A stretch of 63,679 bases of DNA, filler included, from Choristocarpus tenellus KU-1152 (Eukaryota; Protista; Phaeophyceae), in the NCBI GenBank assembly GCA_964200185.2. It is 13 parts of 13 records of this genome, joined end to end, with 100 filler letters (N's around TTAATTAATTAA, not from the genome) between each part and the next. Parts side by side here need not be neighbours in the genome. Positions count along the whole stretch, not along the records: positions 1 to 8,982 come from CAXNAD020004131.1; positions 9,083 to 16,816 come from CAXNAD020005665.1; 11 more parts are not named here. One strand, written 5' to 3'. The notes under the pieces were generated by a model, which saw nothing but the letters and a program-made list of their open reading frames with translations, ran no database searches and was not told the origin of the DNA. The position numbers and the translations under genes were made by a program. Shown in pieces: positions 1 through 13,500 of this stretch. Within the stretch, counting starts at the first letter, position 1. Each line of letters begins with the position of its first letter.

Positions 1-3000
1 GGGGGATATCGATCCCCTCTGTATCTGGTGTGGAGGGTGATGTGTCAGTCCCTGTAGCTGGTGTGGAGATAGGGGCACCCTCCGTGGATGTGGATGTTCC
101 ATCTGTGGGTGGAGGGATATCGATCCCCTCTGTATCAGGAGTGGAGGGTGATGTTTCAGTCCCTGTAGCTGGTGTGAAGGTAGAGGCACCCTCTGTGGAT
201 GTGGATGTTCCATCTGTGGGTGGAGGGGTGTCCATCCCATCTGTTTCTGGTTTGGAGGGAGGTGAGGAGTAAAGGATCCATGCGGGTGTGAGCTCTGTGC
301 TTAAGTTTTGAAAATGTATTCTGTGCCTGTAGAGATTGTTGTTCTTAAACTGCTCTTAACCTGGTGCATTTCTGGTTTGAGAGAGGATACGGTGTAGCAA
401 GGCAAGTGCGACATCTTATGGTGGAGTTGCTCTTTTCAGTCCAGCTGTGTTCACAATTATCTTGGTATGATACAGTTGAGCTATTTTGCTTGGTGCAACG
501 TTACATTTGTGCTTTGTACACATCCTTCGAGTTTTATACATCCTTAAAACACTGTGTCCTGTGCTGCTCATCCTTGACAGGAGCTGTTGAAGTTCTTGGT
601 GTTTCCCTCGAGGGGGCTGCTGCTGACATTGTTGGGGGTGTGAAGGATGCAGCCGCTGAAGTATCAGCCACGGTTGAGGGGGCTGTTGGTGATGTATCTG
701 CAAATATTCCCTACCTTGATACGAAGACACCTGTAGTGGATGTTGAGGCGTCCACACCATCTATTTCAGTAGAGGGCGGAGGTGTGTGTTTGATGCTGTG
801 TCATTGATTTTTTAAAGTCTGTACATTGGTGCAATAGGTTTGTCTTCATTCTCTGATATTCAAGTGGAAGGTTCCTATTTTTGTTAATTGCTGTGATTGA
901 GAGGGTCGCATGTCATGTTTTTGGGTTTTCTGTTCAAATCTAAACTGTGCTTCATGTCGAATTATGTGATGAGCTCATTCAATTTTCTTACGGTTATTTT
1001 TTTGACTTCGACATGTCCTTTGTTGTATGTTGACTTGGGTACAACTGATGTTGCACGTGGCTTGACTGTTGCAGCAGGGGTTGTAGATGTTAAGGCCCCC
1101 ACCAGCAGGAGGAAGGGCAGTGGATTCTTTGGGGCGTTGAAGAGCAAACTGAGCAAGAAGGATGTGAGTTTGGGGATTCATTAGATCACAGTCTAGTAAT
1201 ACAGAGCACCTTAGGATTAATAGCTGAGGTAAATATTGTGTTAGCAGAGGAATGGATGGTAGATTTTGATACACTGTTTGAGTCCGATTATTACGTTTTC
1301 GTTGGATGTGATGATTGGATTTTATTCAACTTGCAGAATTATTCATCTACTGTTGACTTTTTCACCTTGAAATGTGCTCTTGTGTGTGGCAATGTGTTGT
1401 CAAACGTTGGAGGCTATGGTATTTGTATCCTTTCAAGTCTTGATGGTTTTCGAGTGTGGATAGGCGAGCCAAGACCAATCCTGAAGAGTGCAGAAGTCTC
1501 CTTATCTAGAGGGCAGTTGTTTTTTTTCGTAATGTTGATACAGGTTGTGACATTTGTTGATGCGATCGGAATGACGGGACAACGGTGATCAAAGTGTAAT
1601 GTTTGTGGTTAGTGTTGCTTTTTGGCGTTGCCTTCCTGTAAGGGTTGGTCTTGCACACGCAGTGAGTGTCTTTTTTGTTTTATGCTGGTGTTGCTGATGT
1701 GATGTTTACAACTCTGCACTCATGTATTTACGTTTAGGTTGGGGCTCCTAAAGTGGCTGATGTGAACGTTTCGGGAGAAGTCACTCTTCCCTCTGGGAAA
1801 GCGTCTGTCCCTCTCCCTGCTGTTGAGGTTGATGTGCCCTCTGGAGAAGTGGACGTACCCTCTGTGGGTGGAGAAGTGTCCATGCCGTCAGTATCTGCTG
1901 GGGAGGCAGGTGAGTAGGAGATGATCATTTTTGGTAGGTGCTTTAGTTCTATGTAGGCAAGGTCACCGTTTGTGGTTTATACCTGTGTAGTGTTGGGGAT
2001 TAAGTGTCTTTGGCTCTCATGTTTTTTTTTTTGCACGGGTGGCTTTACTTTAGCGAACAGGAAAGAAGAAACGGAGGATTGAATATTGAAAGGTAATGAA
2101 TTTTTTGAATTCTTTTCAACACCTTGGCACGTTTGAGGGTTTTGTATGTCGTATGTTTCATACGGTATATATGATTCAATTCGCATCTAACATCCTGGTG
2201 GTGTGCACAAGTCCTCGTGGCCTTTCGGCAGTGTGTGTGTGCGTGTGTGTGTGTGTGTGAGTGTGTTTGACAGATCAAATTTTGAAGCTTCTTGTTGGAG
2301 GAGTGCAGTGTGAAGCAGTTATTTCTAATAACCACAAAGGCGTAGTTCCTTGCCCCAATGAAACATTCGTATTATATGTTGTGTGAGTGCATACGTTAAT
2401 GTTTATTATGATGATTCTTGAAACTCTTTTTTTTTCGTCCGTGTAGTGGAAAGTACGTAGTGAATAAACCTTACATTGTGGTGAGTGCACTCTTCCCCTA
2501 CGCTGCCAGTTCGTATTACAGAAAAAATAGTTACCGTTTTCACTTGCAATTGGCGATAGTATTCAATCTGAACTCTACTACGTTGTATACTACATTTCAC
2601 ATTATCACGAGTTTTGGTTAAGAGTATAGTATGGGCCTACGTGTGTCCATGACCTGGGGCACCTCTTTAGCAATGCGCCTTGCCCTCTTTTTGTTGGCAC
2701 GATCTATGTTAAGCCGATCAGCGGCTTTGTGAATTGATCAACTCCAAATTACTGTTCGGTGGAATTAACTGCCTAAGTTTAATGCCTATCGTGAGCATAC
2801 CTAGTATACCGTGCCGTGTACCTGTGAGAGAGAACCATGTAGCGATTGTATGAGGCACTATGACCTCACATCGCTGGGCTCAGGAGGAGTAAACATTGCA
2901 TTATCGTTAATTATGTATAGATGTTGCTTAGTTGGCAATTTGTAGCTTCCAATTTCTTACTTATGTGAATGGCATGCCAGGGATTGTTCTGCCTTGAGTA

Positions 3001-6000
3001 ACTTTGCAATGTTGTACATTCTACCCCTCTTCCCTCTTTTTTGGTGGATTATAATATTTTCTGTCATGCCTTGCTCACATCCTTTGTAGGGTCTGTGGGA
3101 GGTCTTGGTGTTTCCCTTGAGGGTGCTGCTGCTGACATCATTGGGGGTGTGAAGGATGCAGCCAGTGAGGTATCGGGTAAGGTAGAGGGGGCTCTTGGTG
3201 GTGTATCAGCAGAGATACCCTCAGTGGATGTCAAGATTCCTGCTGTGGAGGGTGAGGTAGCTGCTCCATCTGCCTCGGTAGAGGGTGAAGGTATGTCTTT
3301 GACAAAGTGATAGAGCGATAAAGTGATCAAGTATTTATCTTAAAGTACTGTTCTTGAAGAGTCTTAGTTCTAATTCTTTGCTTTTTGGTGGAGGGTTCAT
3401 GGGTAAATCTGTGTATGGCTTCATCCGTTCTAAATTACTTGGTCTATTGTCAGTCCCCTTGAACTTGCGCAGTTAAATCTCCAAGGGCGTATTTGTTCGT
3501 ATTCGTGACTGATGTTCTCAAGTTGTTGCGTATTGACTGGAGTATTTTGAAAATACTCTTTTGGGTGTGACTGCGGTTGCAGGTGGTTTGACTATGGCTG
3601 CAGTGGATGTGGACGTGAAGGCCCCTACCAGTGGAAGGAAGAGCGGGAGGCGGTTTGGATCGTTCAGGAGTAGGTTGGGCAAGAAGGAGGTGAGTCTTGT
3701 GTGGATGGATGCATTTTGTAGAATGTAGAAGCAGAAAGTACACTTGTGTGAATGGTTGATACAATTGTCTTGTTTGTGGATGAAGATGGGGTGTTGGTGT
3801 CGATATATATGTATATGTTTCTATGTGTAGAACGTTTTCCCCTGTCCCTGGTGCACCTAGACATGCTTTCTTGTCTGAGATATTGTTGTGGTTGTTGATG
3901 TTGTGTTGGTTGTAACATGTATTTTCTGAGTCAGGGTACTGCTGTTGTGTGTTACGAGGTTCTGAAAATTAAAATTATGATGTTGACAGTTGTGTGCAGT
4001 TCGGTCCTGGCGATCTAAAGTCCTTTCACCTTGGGCATATGTTAGGTCTGTGGTGTTTTCTCTTGATGAGGGGTGCTTGTTGCGACAAAGATGTAGTAGA
4101 TAGGGGAATGTGTCTATAGCCTTGGTTCAATTTTTCTTTTGTCAAGGTGTTGTTCACATAGAGGTCCTGGTTTTTGTGAAGGTTTTTTACACTGGAGTTG
4201 GTACCGATCTGGAATGGGCAAAACTGCACTTGTTCCTTTTTCTGCCAGGTTGCAACTCCTAAGGTACCGGATGTCAATGTTGCCGGAGAGGTTTCCCTAC
4301 CCACTGTGGAGGGTGATGTGTCTACCTCTGTTCCTGCTGTGGAGGGTGATGTTTCGATCCCTGTTCCAAGTGTTGAGGCTATTCTACCCTCTGTAGAGGT
4401 TGATGTTTCATCTGTGAGTGGTGAGATGTCTACCCCATCTCTCCCCGACGTGGAGGGTGATGTGTCTATACCTGCATCTAGTGTGAAGGTTGAGACACCC
4501 GCTGTAGACGTGGATATTCCATCTGTGGGTGGTGAGGTATCTATCCCCTCTGTATCTGGTGTGGAGGGTGATGTGTCAATCCCTGTACCTAACGTTGGGG
4601 TTGAGGCACCCTCTGTGGAAGTGAATGTTTCATCTGTGGGTGGTGAGGTGTCTATCCCCTCTGCATCTGGTATGGAGGGTGGTGTGTCTGTCCCTGTACC
4701 TCATATTGATGTTGCGGCAGCCTCTGTCGATGTAGATGTTCCACCTGTGGGTGGAGGGGTATTGATCCCATCTGTATCTGGTGTAGAGGGTGATGTGTCT
4801 GTTCCTGTAGCTGGTGTGGAGGTTGAGGTACCCTCTGTGGATGTGGATGTTCCATCTGTGGGTGGTGAGATGTCCATGCCGTCTGTGTCTACCAAGGAGG
4901 GAGGTGAGGAGGACATGCCGTCCGGGAATGTATGTTGATTTTCCATTTTGAAACTGCATTCTATGCTTGTTGATAATGTGTCTAGACTATTTTGTTCTAC
5001 GAGAATGATGATTTAGTGCAGGGAGGGTAGATGGGTTGGAGGAAATCAGTTTTATCGATTTATATATATATTTTTATCAGACTTGAACTTTTCCAGGTGT
5101 ATGGGGGGCAGTTTCGTTGAATTAAAAAATTGAGCTTATTTGACACAGTTGAAAACGTTTTCTGTATTCAACACTAGGGTTGTGTGATACGAACAAAAGA
5201 TATTACATATTTTTAATATTTATTTGTTTGTCCAACGAAGCCCTATGCCCTGTGTTGCCTATTCCTGGCAGGATCTGTTGAAGGTGTGGGTGGTTCTCTT
5301 GAGGGTGCTGCTGCTGACATCATTGGGGGTGTGAAGGTTGCCGCCGCAGAGGCATCAGCCATGGCAGAGGGGGCTATTGGTGATGTATCTGCAAATATTC
5401 CCTCAGTTGATATGAAGACACCTGCAGTGGGTGGTGAGGTATCTGCTCCATCTGTCCAAGTAGAGGGTGGAGGTATGTCTTTCAGACGGCGGAGTAGGTT
5501 TTGACAAGGTATTCCCTTTGGAGACTTCAGCAGCGTCAGTGCCTTTGTTATCTCTTGATCATGGATGTTCATATCTGAAGTGTGAAGGTTAGAATGCGGT
5601 TTGTGTTTTTTTTTTTCCCATGGAAGTTGAGAAGAGGAGATGTGAGCGTCACACCCTTTCCCATGTCGTGAACGTGATGAGATAGATGGTTGAAAGGGAA
5701 GGGCTGCATTATTAATTTCGGTGGGGTTTGGTTTGGCGATGGTTGCTTCTAGAAGGAATCACTAGGAGCGAACACCTATAATGAATGCTTATAGAAAACT
5801 CCATCAATACGTAGAAAAATGCCTCGTATATGTCAGCATCAAAAAACAGAAATGATTCTCCATAAGTATCCTGGGGAGATGCTAGTCATCAACTCAAGTT
5901 TATTCAGTTACATATTACTGTAATTCATGTGGTGTTTATTCTGCAAATGGATGTCTTCATTTTAGCCTGTAGCTCTGATTGAGAGGGACATGTGTCGAGT

Positions 6001-8885
6001 CATGGTAATATGGGCGTGTGCAAGGGAGGATGGCTTCACTGTGTGTGAACTTGTATGGAGTACCGAGTCCCGTCCGTGTCTATCGGTTGTATTCTTTTGG
6101 TTGTTGTGTAGTTCTTGGCTTAGGTGAGGTGTTGACTTCTGGAGTGTGTTGAACATTTTTGGTGCTACTGCTGTTGCAGGTGGTCTAACTGTGGATGCAG
6201 TGGATGTAGACGTGAAGGCCCCTACCAGTGGAAGGAGGAGCGGTTGGCGGTTTGGATCGCTCAGGAGTAGGTCGGGCAAGAAGGAGGTGAGTTTGTTTAT
6301 TTATTGATGTGTAAGTGGAGTTGATGCGGGTGTGATTGTTTGTAGTGGTGCTTCTACGAATGGGGAGTGGAGGTTGGGATTTTGTGCCTTGTTCGAAACG
6401 GAGTGGAAGTTGAAGCTGCAAGTTCCTGTTTGATTGTTGTTTACATGCAGGTTGTTTTACGTTCTTATGTAGGGTTTGATGTATGTCTGTTTTCGATAAT
6501 ATTCTCATTGTTGGTGTTCTAGTGGTTAGGATGTTGCTTGTGTAGGTTGTGAGGCTTCTGAGCTTTAATGTTGGGATTTTATAGTTGTGTCAAGACCATC
6601 CCCAAAGATGGGACCCTAGTTGCACCTGAGTCGTATTCTTTTGTATTGTGTTTATTTTTAGGGGGAGGGGGGGTGAACATAGTGCAACATGGATGTAGGA
6701 GTGGATTATATCCACCGCATTTGTTTTAATGTTGAGCTGTTTTTTAGGTTTTGAATTCCATGCATTTTTTTATTTTGTAACCTATTTTTATTGGTTCAGT
6801 TGATTCTGATCTGACGTTTCGAGTACTGTTCTTCATTTTTTTGGTGGTTAGAGTATGACTCCCAAGGTACCTGATGTGAATGTTGCTGGAGAGGCCTCTC
6901 TTCCAACTGTGGAGGGTGACGTGTCTGTCCCTGTTCTGGGTGTTGGGACGGAGGTACCTTCCGCAGAGGTGGATGTTCCCTCTGTATCAGCTGAGGATGG
7001 AGGTGAGGAATGTGTTTTTGATAGGGCTCTCTGTTACTTCTACCTACCTCAATGGGATGTGGATGTTTTGTGTTTGATATTATTCTCAGTTTATTGGAAG
7101 GTGGTGTAAGTGATGATTTGTAGTAGGGGGGAAGAAGAGAGATTGGTATTGAAGAAGTGTTCATGTTCCTGCTTTTCAATTTTTTAAAAATCCTATTTTG
7201 TGGCATGCTATGTTCTCTTGTTTAGTGTGGTTGCGTTCTATTCTTGTCTTTTTTTTACAGTTTCTTAATTTTTCTAATAGACTGTTTCGAACTTTCTTAT
7301 CCGTTAACTATTGAATGTCACCTGGGTTGTGTGTGATTGTTTACCTACAAATGTTACCCTTTCTTGCACCGATTAGTGAGTTGATAATGATTGGCAGGCG
7401 TACTCAAACAGTAGGGGGGTGTACATTTGCTTTTTCCTGAATCCACGAAACTCACTCGAGAAACCTTTCGCCTCACCGGGATTGAATTTGTTCAGGAGAG
7501 GGCACTGGTGTAGGAGCTACCATTGCCGGTTTGGGTGTGACTGCTGCGGCTGCTGGGGCTGCTGCAGTAGCTGTGGATGAAGATCCCAAGCTGTCGGATT
7601 CTGGCAGTAAGAGGAAGGGGAGTGGTTTTCTTGGACGTATTAAGAATAGATTGGGTTCCAAGAAGGTGAGTTTCTCAATGATTAGTTGTTTCTTGATACG
7701 AACGAGGGTGGGACCAGAGGGTGAGGGAGTTACTATGATTGTTGGAGGCGGTGGCGGCGGCAATTCATTTTAGGTTGTTTTTGTCAAGGGTGGTTGTGCT
7801 CTGCTCAGTGGGGCTTATTTTTTGGGGGGGGGAGAGACAATGTTTTTCTCTGCCTCTCCAATTTCAGTCTTGAGATTGCGTTGTGCAGGGGGGTTGTACT
7901 TTTTTAGTCTGGAATGTGATGTGATGTGAATAATACCTCTTTTATTTTAACCGGGGTGGCATGTGGTGATGATTTTGAGGTAGTCCTTGCCTGCAATTTG
8001 ACCCAAGCCAGAGTATCGATCATGTTGCTGTTCAAGTTATTTTTTTTGCATGCGATTGAACCCATCCCAATATCGATGATATTGCTGTTAAAGCAATACA
8101 ATACACCGATTTATTGTGTCTCTTATTTATTTTGTCTCTTAACAATAATTGCCTGACGGATACCTTGCTGGGTGATCAATGCGTTGTTGTGCACATAACG
8201 TTCCTTGTTTCTATTGAAATACGTCGCGACCAACAAGATTGAAGTAAGCGCGAAGGGCGATGAGGTCGCCCCAAGTGCGACTGTGTCCGGGTCTCTGCCG
8301 GAAGTAAGTGTTGGCATTCCGTCCATCAGTGGAGAGGCAACTGTCCCTGCCGTGTTGCCTGGTGGGGAGGCTGAGGCGTCCGTGTCGTTGCCATCTGTCA
8401 GTGGGGATGTATCAGGTAGAGATAACTTGTTCTTTTGGAGCTTGGTTTTGTACTTGTCAATTAGGTAGTGCAATGCCTTGCTAGTGAAGGAGGTGATACG
8501 TCAATATCTGTTCATCTCGATGAGGTAGTTTTGATACATGTATACATATGTGTGTGTGTTGTTGTTTGGCCTAGTTGGTGAAGTTGATTGATTGTCTCTG
8601 CCTTCAACTGCCACTCTGCTTTTGTGTTACGAATGATGATCTGATGGTTACTACCGATGCAGTTGGAGATATGAGTAGCATGGTCAAGGCTGGTGTTTCT
8701 GATGTGACAGCGGATGTGACAGCTGCGGCAGACGAAGTCTCGGGAGATGTGTCAGCCAAGGTGGAGAGTGCTGTGGACAGCATCTCAGCCAAGATGCCTG
8801 AGGTTTCGACTATCCTACCAAGTGTGGAGGGTGAAGTATCGACTGATGCTGAGATCCCGAATGTCAATCTGGAGGTGAATGTCGG
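1..8885 (+). CDS. Large multi-exon low-complexity repeat protein (partial): acidic V/P/S/G/E/D repeats alternating with polybasic amphipathic motifs, AHNAK/periaxin-like in composition
   Basis: Phase-compatible GT-AG exons: <1-261, 581-781, ~1075-1163, 1738-1909, 3090-3290, 3583-3689, 4249-4903, 5272-5472, 6180-6286, 6852-7002, 7496-7665, 8238-8415, 8663-~8885. Repeats include EGDVSVPVxxVxVEAPSVDVDVPSVGGEVSIPSVSG and SLEGAAADIIGGVKDAA. Confidence 0.8.
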
Positions 8886-8982
8886 AAGAGGGTTTAGGTT
8901 TCGTACTTCCACCCCACCCCACCCCCCCCGTTTTTGTAGGGTATGTTAGGTTGCTGGGTCGGGGTGGGGGGCATGCAGTAAG

Positions 8983-9082
8983 NNNNNNNNNNNNNNNNNN
9001 NNNNNNNNNNNNNNNNNNNNNNNNNNTTAATTAATTAANNNNNNNNNNNNNNNNNNNNNNNNNNNNNNNNNNNNNNNNNNNN
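8983..9082. other. Artificial contig linker N44-TTAATTAATTAA-N44; also at 16817-16916, 19690-19789, 23038-23137, 27498-27597, 30783-30882, 37184-37283, 43705-43804, 46707-46806, 51481-51580, 56622-56721, 60900-60999
   Basis: Identical 100-nt blocks with stop codons in all six frames. Confidence 0.98.
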
Positions 9083-9135
9083 TGTTTCGGTGGCGGGGTA
9101 GTATTTGGTTGGTTGTGATGTGTTGTGCGGTTGTG

Positions 9136-9311
9136 GGGGGGGGGGGGGGAGGGGGGTGGGGGTCTACACCAGGGTGTCCATTCGGGCCCTGACCAGGAGA
9201 AGTCAACTTACATTATCCATCCAATGCATGCAACCAAATCGCTCAAAAACCGTGTCATGGAAGAATGGGCCCCGAATGGACAGCTGCCACCCCCCCCAGA
9301 TACTTTGAGTC
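9136..9311. mobile_element. MITE family 2 (G-run TIR), partial copy at contig start
   Basis: Poly-G, then GGTCTACACCAGGGTGTCCAT...ATGGACAGCTGCCAC-polyC-AGATACTTTGAGTC. The body is homologous to 26155-26326, 37284-37348 and 56729-56890. Confidence 0.8.
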
Positions 9312-10507
9312 ACTCTTCGCTGCATTCCTAGCTAAGCACTCGAACATAAATGAATAACAAAGTACCTATATTCCACACAGTAACATGTGGCGATACATAT
9401 TTTTCAGTATCTGCCATGAGTAGAATGTACCAAAATTGTATTCTGCGGTCACTTTGCTGCTTTTCATGCCTTGAACACCAGAACATCTCAAGATTATTAA
9501 CTGACTGCTACACCGACAGAAAAAATATGCTGTATTTCTCGGGTCCTCCCAACAGCACCACCTATACCCATACAAGTATGCAAGCAGCAGTAGTTGTACA
9601 GGGAGGGATCGCGGAATTAGATATGATTATATATATATATATATGCATTGAGAGATCTGTACGTATGTACGGTTTGTTGATAGATCATGTGGGGTTAGTA
9701 TCATCACTAGTATAGGCTGTACCAGATCATACTAAAGGTCAACTAATTAAAAATGTATCATTGTTTGCTTCATTTTATTCTCATCGGTTCCTCCAACTGT
9801 CCTTCCACAGCGTAAGGGCCTGGTCAGCACTTGGGGGAAATATCGTTTTCGTACTTCAATCTTTGTACCCCCCCTTGGTTCTGGGACCATCTCCCTATGT
9901 ACACTGTAAGACAGACTTACTGTCAGTGAGCTGCACCAGCGCGCCACGTGTATGACGATCATTGAGCTGGGCGAATAGGTTATGGCAGAGAGGGAGCGCG
10001 AAAACGAGACAGAAGCGCGCCAATTCTAGAACGCGCGGGCATGTTGAACACAACATCAGCAATAGTGTGACCTCTATACTCGAAGCATAGAGAAAGCAAG
10101 TTTAGAGTTTCAGGCAAATTTTCCCGTCCCGACTGTGTACCTACGTTATCTGCCTGATCTGATAACGGGGAAGTTATCTATGCACATTCAGTGCGACGAT
10201 CGCGAGGTAAAGAAATTCGTGTAGTAGAGCAGGGGGAGAGAGAGATTCAAGTTCTGGACTGTCTGGTAAACGTTTCAGACCAAGGTGCAACCAAGGTGCA
10301 AGCCTATTTCCACCACCGGGAACAAAGCTTGCCACTGAGCAGCTCTATAGAGATTACGACGTCTTATCGTAAAATTTGCAGTTTTGGCACTTGTGAAAGG
10401 GCAGTTTCTAGTCCACTGGCTAGGGAAAAGGGTCTTCAGGCGCTAAGCAGGTCACACCTTTGTGCAGGAGCCAGAGAAGCGACAGAACGGACACAATCGT
10501 ATCCTCC

Positions 10508-13500
10508 ATGGAGACGCGATCCTCCCCGTCTCTTGGTTTACTACAAGAGTGAGCTTCAGGACTTGGTTGATTTTCTTCTAGATCATGTCGCCCCTTTTCA
10601 CGTTCGCTCTGTCAATCCACACCGGCAACGTAATTCTTTTTCACGAGAGTGGGGGGGTGTCTGTGATGAAAGCTTGCCCGGTGACTGTTCTCACCCACTA
10701 TGCTCTGCTTCACCACGGCCTTTGTAGGTGAAGACTGTGCCATGCCCTTTTCACTTTCATGCCCACAACAACTTTATCTAATTGCCTTTCGTTGCACTAC
10801 TCATGATCGGTACATCTTTGATGCAGGCTGGCAAAACATGCTCGCGTGAGTGAAGATGACCTACCTAGTCTGTCAAAAACGGCTCTCTTTGGTCATCTTC
10901 AGTCAAAGGTGAAGTATACTCTCCAAGTTGAGCAGTAGTTCTTGCAAACCCTTCCTCGTTCCCTCAACAACAGTAGAGTACTTGTTTGAGTGTTTAGAGA
11001 GTGGAGGGATAGTGAGTCATTGGCACCAGAAATCAGATGTAGCTTAGCTTTAGACAGGTTGGACTTGAATGCTCTTTCATCAACGAAATGCTGAGCCTAT
11101 CTCTTTAATATATGGCACTGAGAATCGCTCATTTTCTGCGTGCCATCTTCAGCACCCTGATATTGTGTCCATTCGTATGATTCCTGGGGTGGTATTGCTG
11201 CCAAGAAGCAGTTTTTGTACAACCTGAGGGTGCATGGAGGGAGAGACAGTCTTGTGTTGTCACTTGTAGCCCACATCATTTGGGATGGGGAGGCCGGAAG
11301 GTTAGAAATTGCTAAATACCCTTTGTGAGGCCCCACTATTCAGCGTGTTGACAAGTGAAACTATTTTCCTTTCTATTAAATTATGAGGTCTTTAAATTAT
11401 GGGTGGAGGTTTCTGGTGTTTTTTCTTGCTTACTGATGCTTCCTGAAGCAGTATAACGCCTTGATTAAAACTAACATAGCCTCCCCTTCCTGCAATGAGT
11501 GCTATTGCCTCAATCTGCAATTGGGTCAGAATGGGCATCTCCAGTGGCCACTGTACTTCAAGGCTTGGTATAAGGCTATGTGACAGACAGTGAATGACTG
11601 TTGCCTTGGGCTGACAGCCTTACATCCTCGAGGTCACATTCAATAGCTCTGCTTGGTTTGCTTTTTACCACTGCCTCTGTAATGTACTAATTTAGTGCTG
11701 CAAACCTGCAAAGTCAGAGTAAATGTACCCTTGATATACAACCCCCTTTCTCTTTGTCGAGTATTATCATAGCTGTTTGTGCGTGAGATTTTTACTGACC
11801 TGACCTTTCCTCTCATTGACATTGCAGCTAACCTTTTTTTTGCTGTTAGGTCAATGGAACATGGTTTACCCTTTAGATGTCAAAGAGTTGTGATTTTGAT
11901 GATGTCATATGCTGGCATGCATGCCTGACTGCATATTTTGCTGCATTTTTTTATTCCTTTGCACATACTTTTCTTACTTGAATGTTCTCTTAACGAAAAC
12001 CAGGGTTTTCAGAGTTGAACATTAGGATACCAAGGCCCATCTTGCTTGCTTACGAGGGAAGTGTCTAGTATCATAGTCCTGTGGTTTAGCTGTAATCCCT
12101 GTCCGTGCCCCTTCTCTGCCTTTACCATCCCCAAACTGCTATTTCTGCCACCGTTCAGTTTGACTATGGTCGCCTCGAACGAGCTCACACTCTGGCTCTG
12201 AAACGGGGTGGTGGTGGCGGCAGCTTAGTAGCTCCATCACTCCTTCAACCTCCTGCTTCTAAGCGCCGCTGTAGCAAGCGGAGAGGGGGCAAGGGCAGTG
12301 GCAGTAGCTCTTCTGCTAAATTAGTGTCCCGTGAGCAAGCCGAAGGAGAAGAGCTCCCTGCTGCTTCCATATTCCTACAAACACGATCCCGCTCGCGATC
12401 CCATGCAGCACTCAGTTCAAGCCGTGAGGTGGACTCTGGGCCAGGTTCCAACTCTGGAGCAGGTCTTGAGACTGAGCCAGGGATCAGGTTATCTACCTCT
12501 GCGAACTCATCTATTGAATCCCCTGTCAATGGAGAAGTTTTTGCAGAAGGGGGAGTATCTTGTTCTATATCAGCATCCCCACGAGTCCAGCAATCCCAAC
12601 GCCAAGGGCGATGTACAAGGTCCAGGCAGGTGACCCGTAGCAGGAAGGCCTCTCCCATACCCTCGCAGGAGGAGGGGCATGCTGCAGGCAAGAGCCCCAG
12701 TGACAGTGGTGGGAGTGATCGTGGTTGTGGTGCAGGAATTACTGAAGGCACTTGTGATGACAATAGTAAGGGCAAGGCCAAGCTTCGAGATGAACCTGCC
12801 ACAGTGGAAGAGGTGCAAGGAGGTGGAGGGAGTGGTATGGGCAAGGCAGTGTTTGGTCCGCATGGTGCAGGAGAGGGTGACGGGCACATTGAGGTGCAGG
12901 GACAAAATCAGGGACAAGAGGAAGTCAAGGGTAAGGGTAAGGGCAAGGTTCAAATGCATTGTAATGGCAAGGGCAATGGTAATGATGGGGAGTGTGGAAA
13001 TTTCTCTGACAACTTACCTGGTGTGTGTGAAGCCTCGCCATCCAAGGTCAATGTGGAGGATGGGCAGCCCACAAATGATATTGACCCAATAATGCTCACA
13101 AAGTTGGGAAAGCACCAGTACATGTTTGTCCGCCCAAATGGTATGCGAGTAATGTACAACCTGGACTCCCTGGTGGACTATTTCCTCAGCACAGGCGACT
13201 TCACAGAGCCGCTAACACGCCTTCCGTTTACAGACAAGGCCCTCTCAGACATTGACACCAAGGTTTGTTTCTATGGGTTGTTTCTTGTGTTTGTTGATGT
13301 CTATGGTGGGTTTCCCCTAGCGTGAAGTGCATTTTGTTTGGCTGTACGTTTCGGTCCAACTTTGTCTTATGCAGTGTAAGTTGCTTCTTGTTTGGATAGG
13401 AAGATGTTCTTTGAGGTGGGACCATGGTTGGAACTATACTATATATCAGGAGACAAAGTACACAGCAGTGCGCGCAAACTGCATCCTGATCCTCTTTTGC

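Noticed and set aside
2054-2092. Possible 39-nt poison exon in the repeat gene
   Set aside because: AG/GT flanks are the only support, and there is no counterpart in the other cassettes.
8983-9082. Recurrent TTAATTAATTAA palindrome as a biological repeat
   Set aside because: It is always centred in N runs of identical length, so it is an assembly concatenation linker.
12245-13092. Long antisense and alternate-frame ORFs
   Set aside because: They are shadows of the real exon at 12159-13262.
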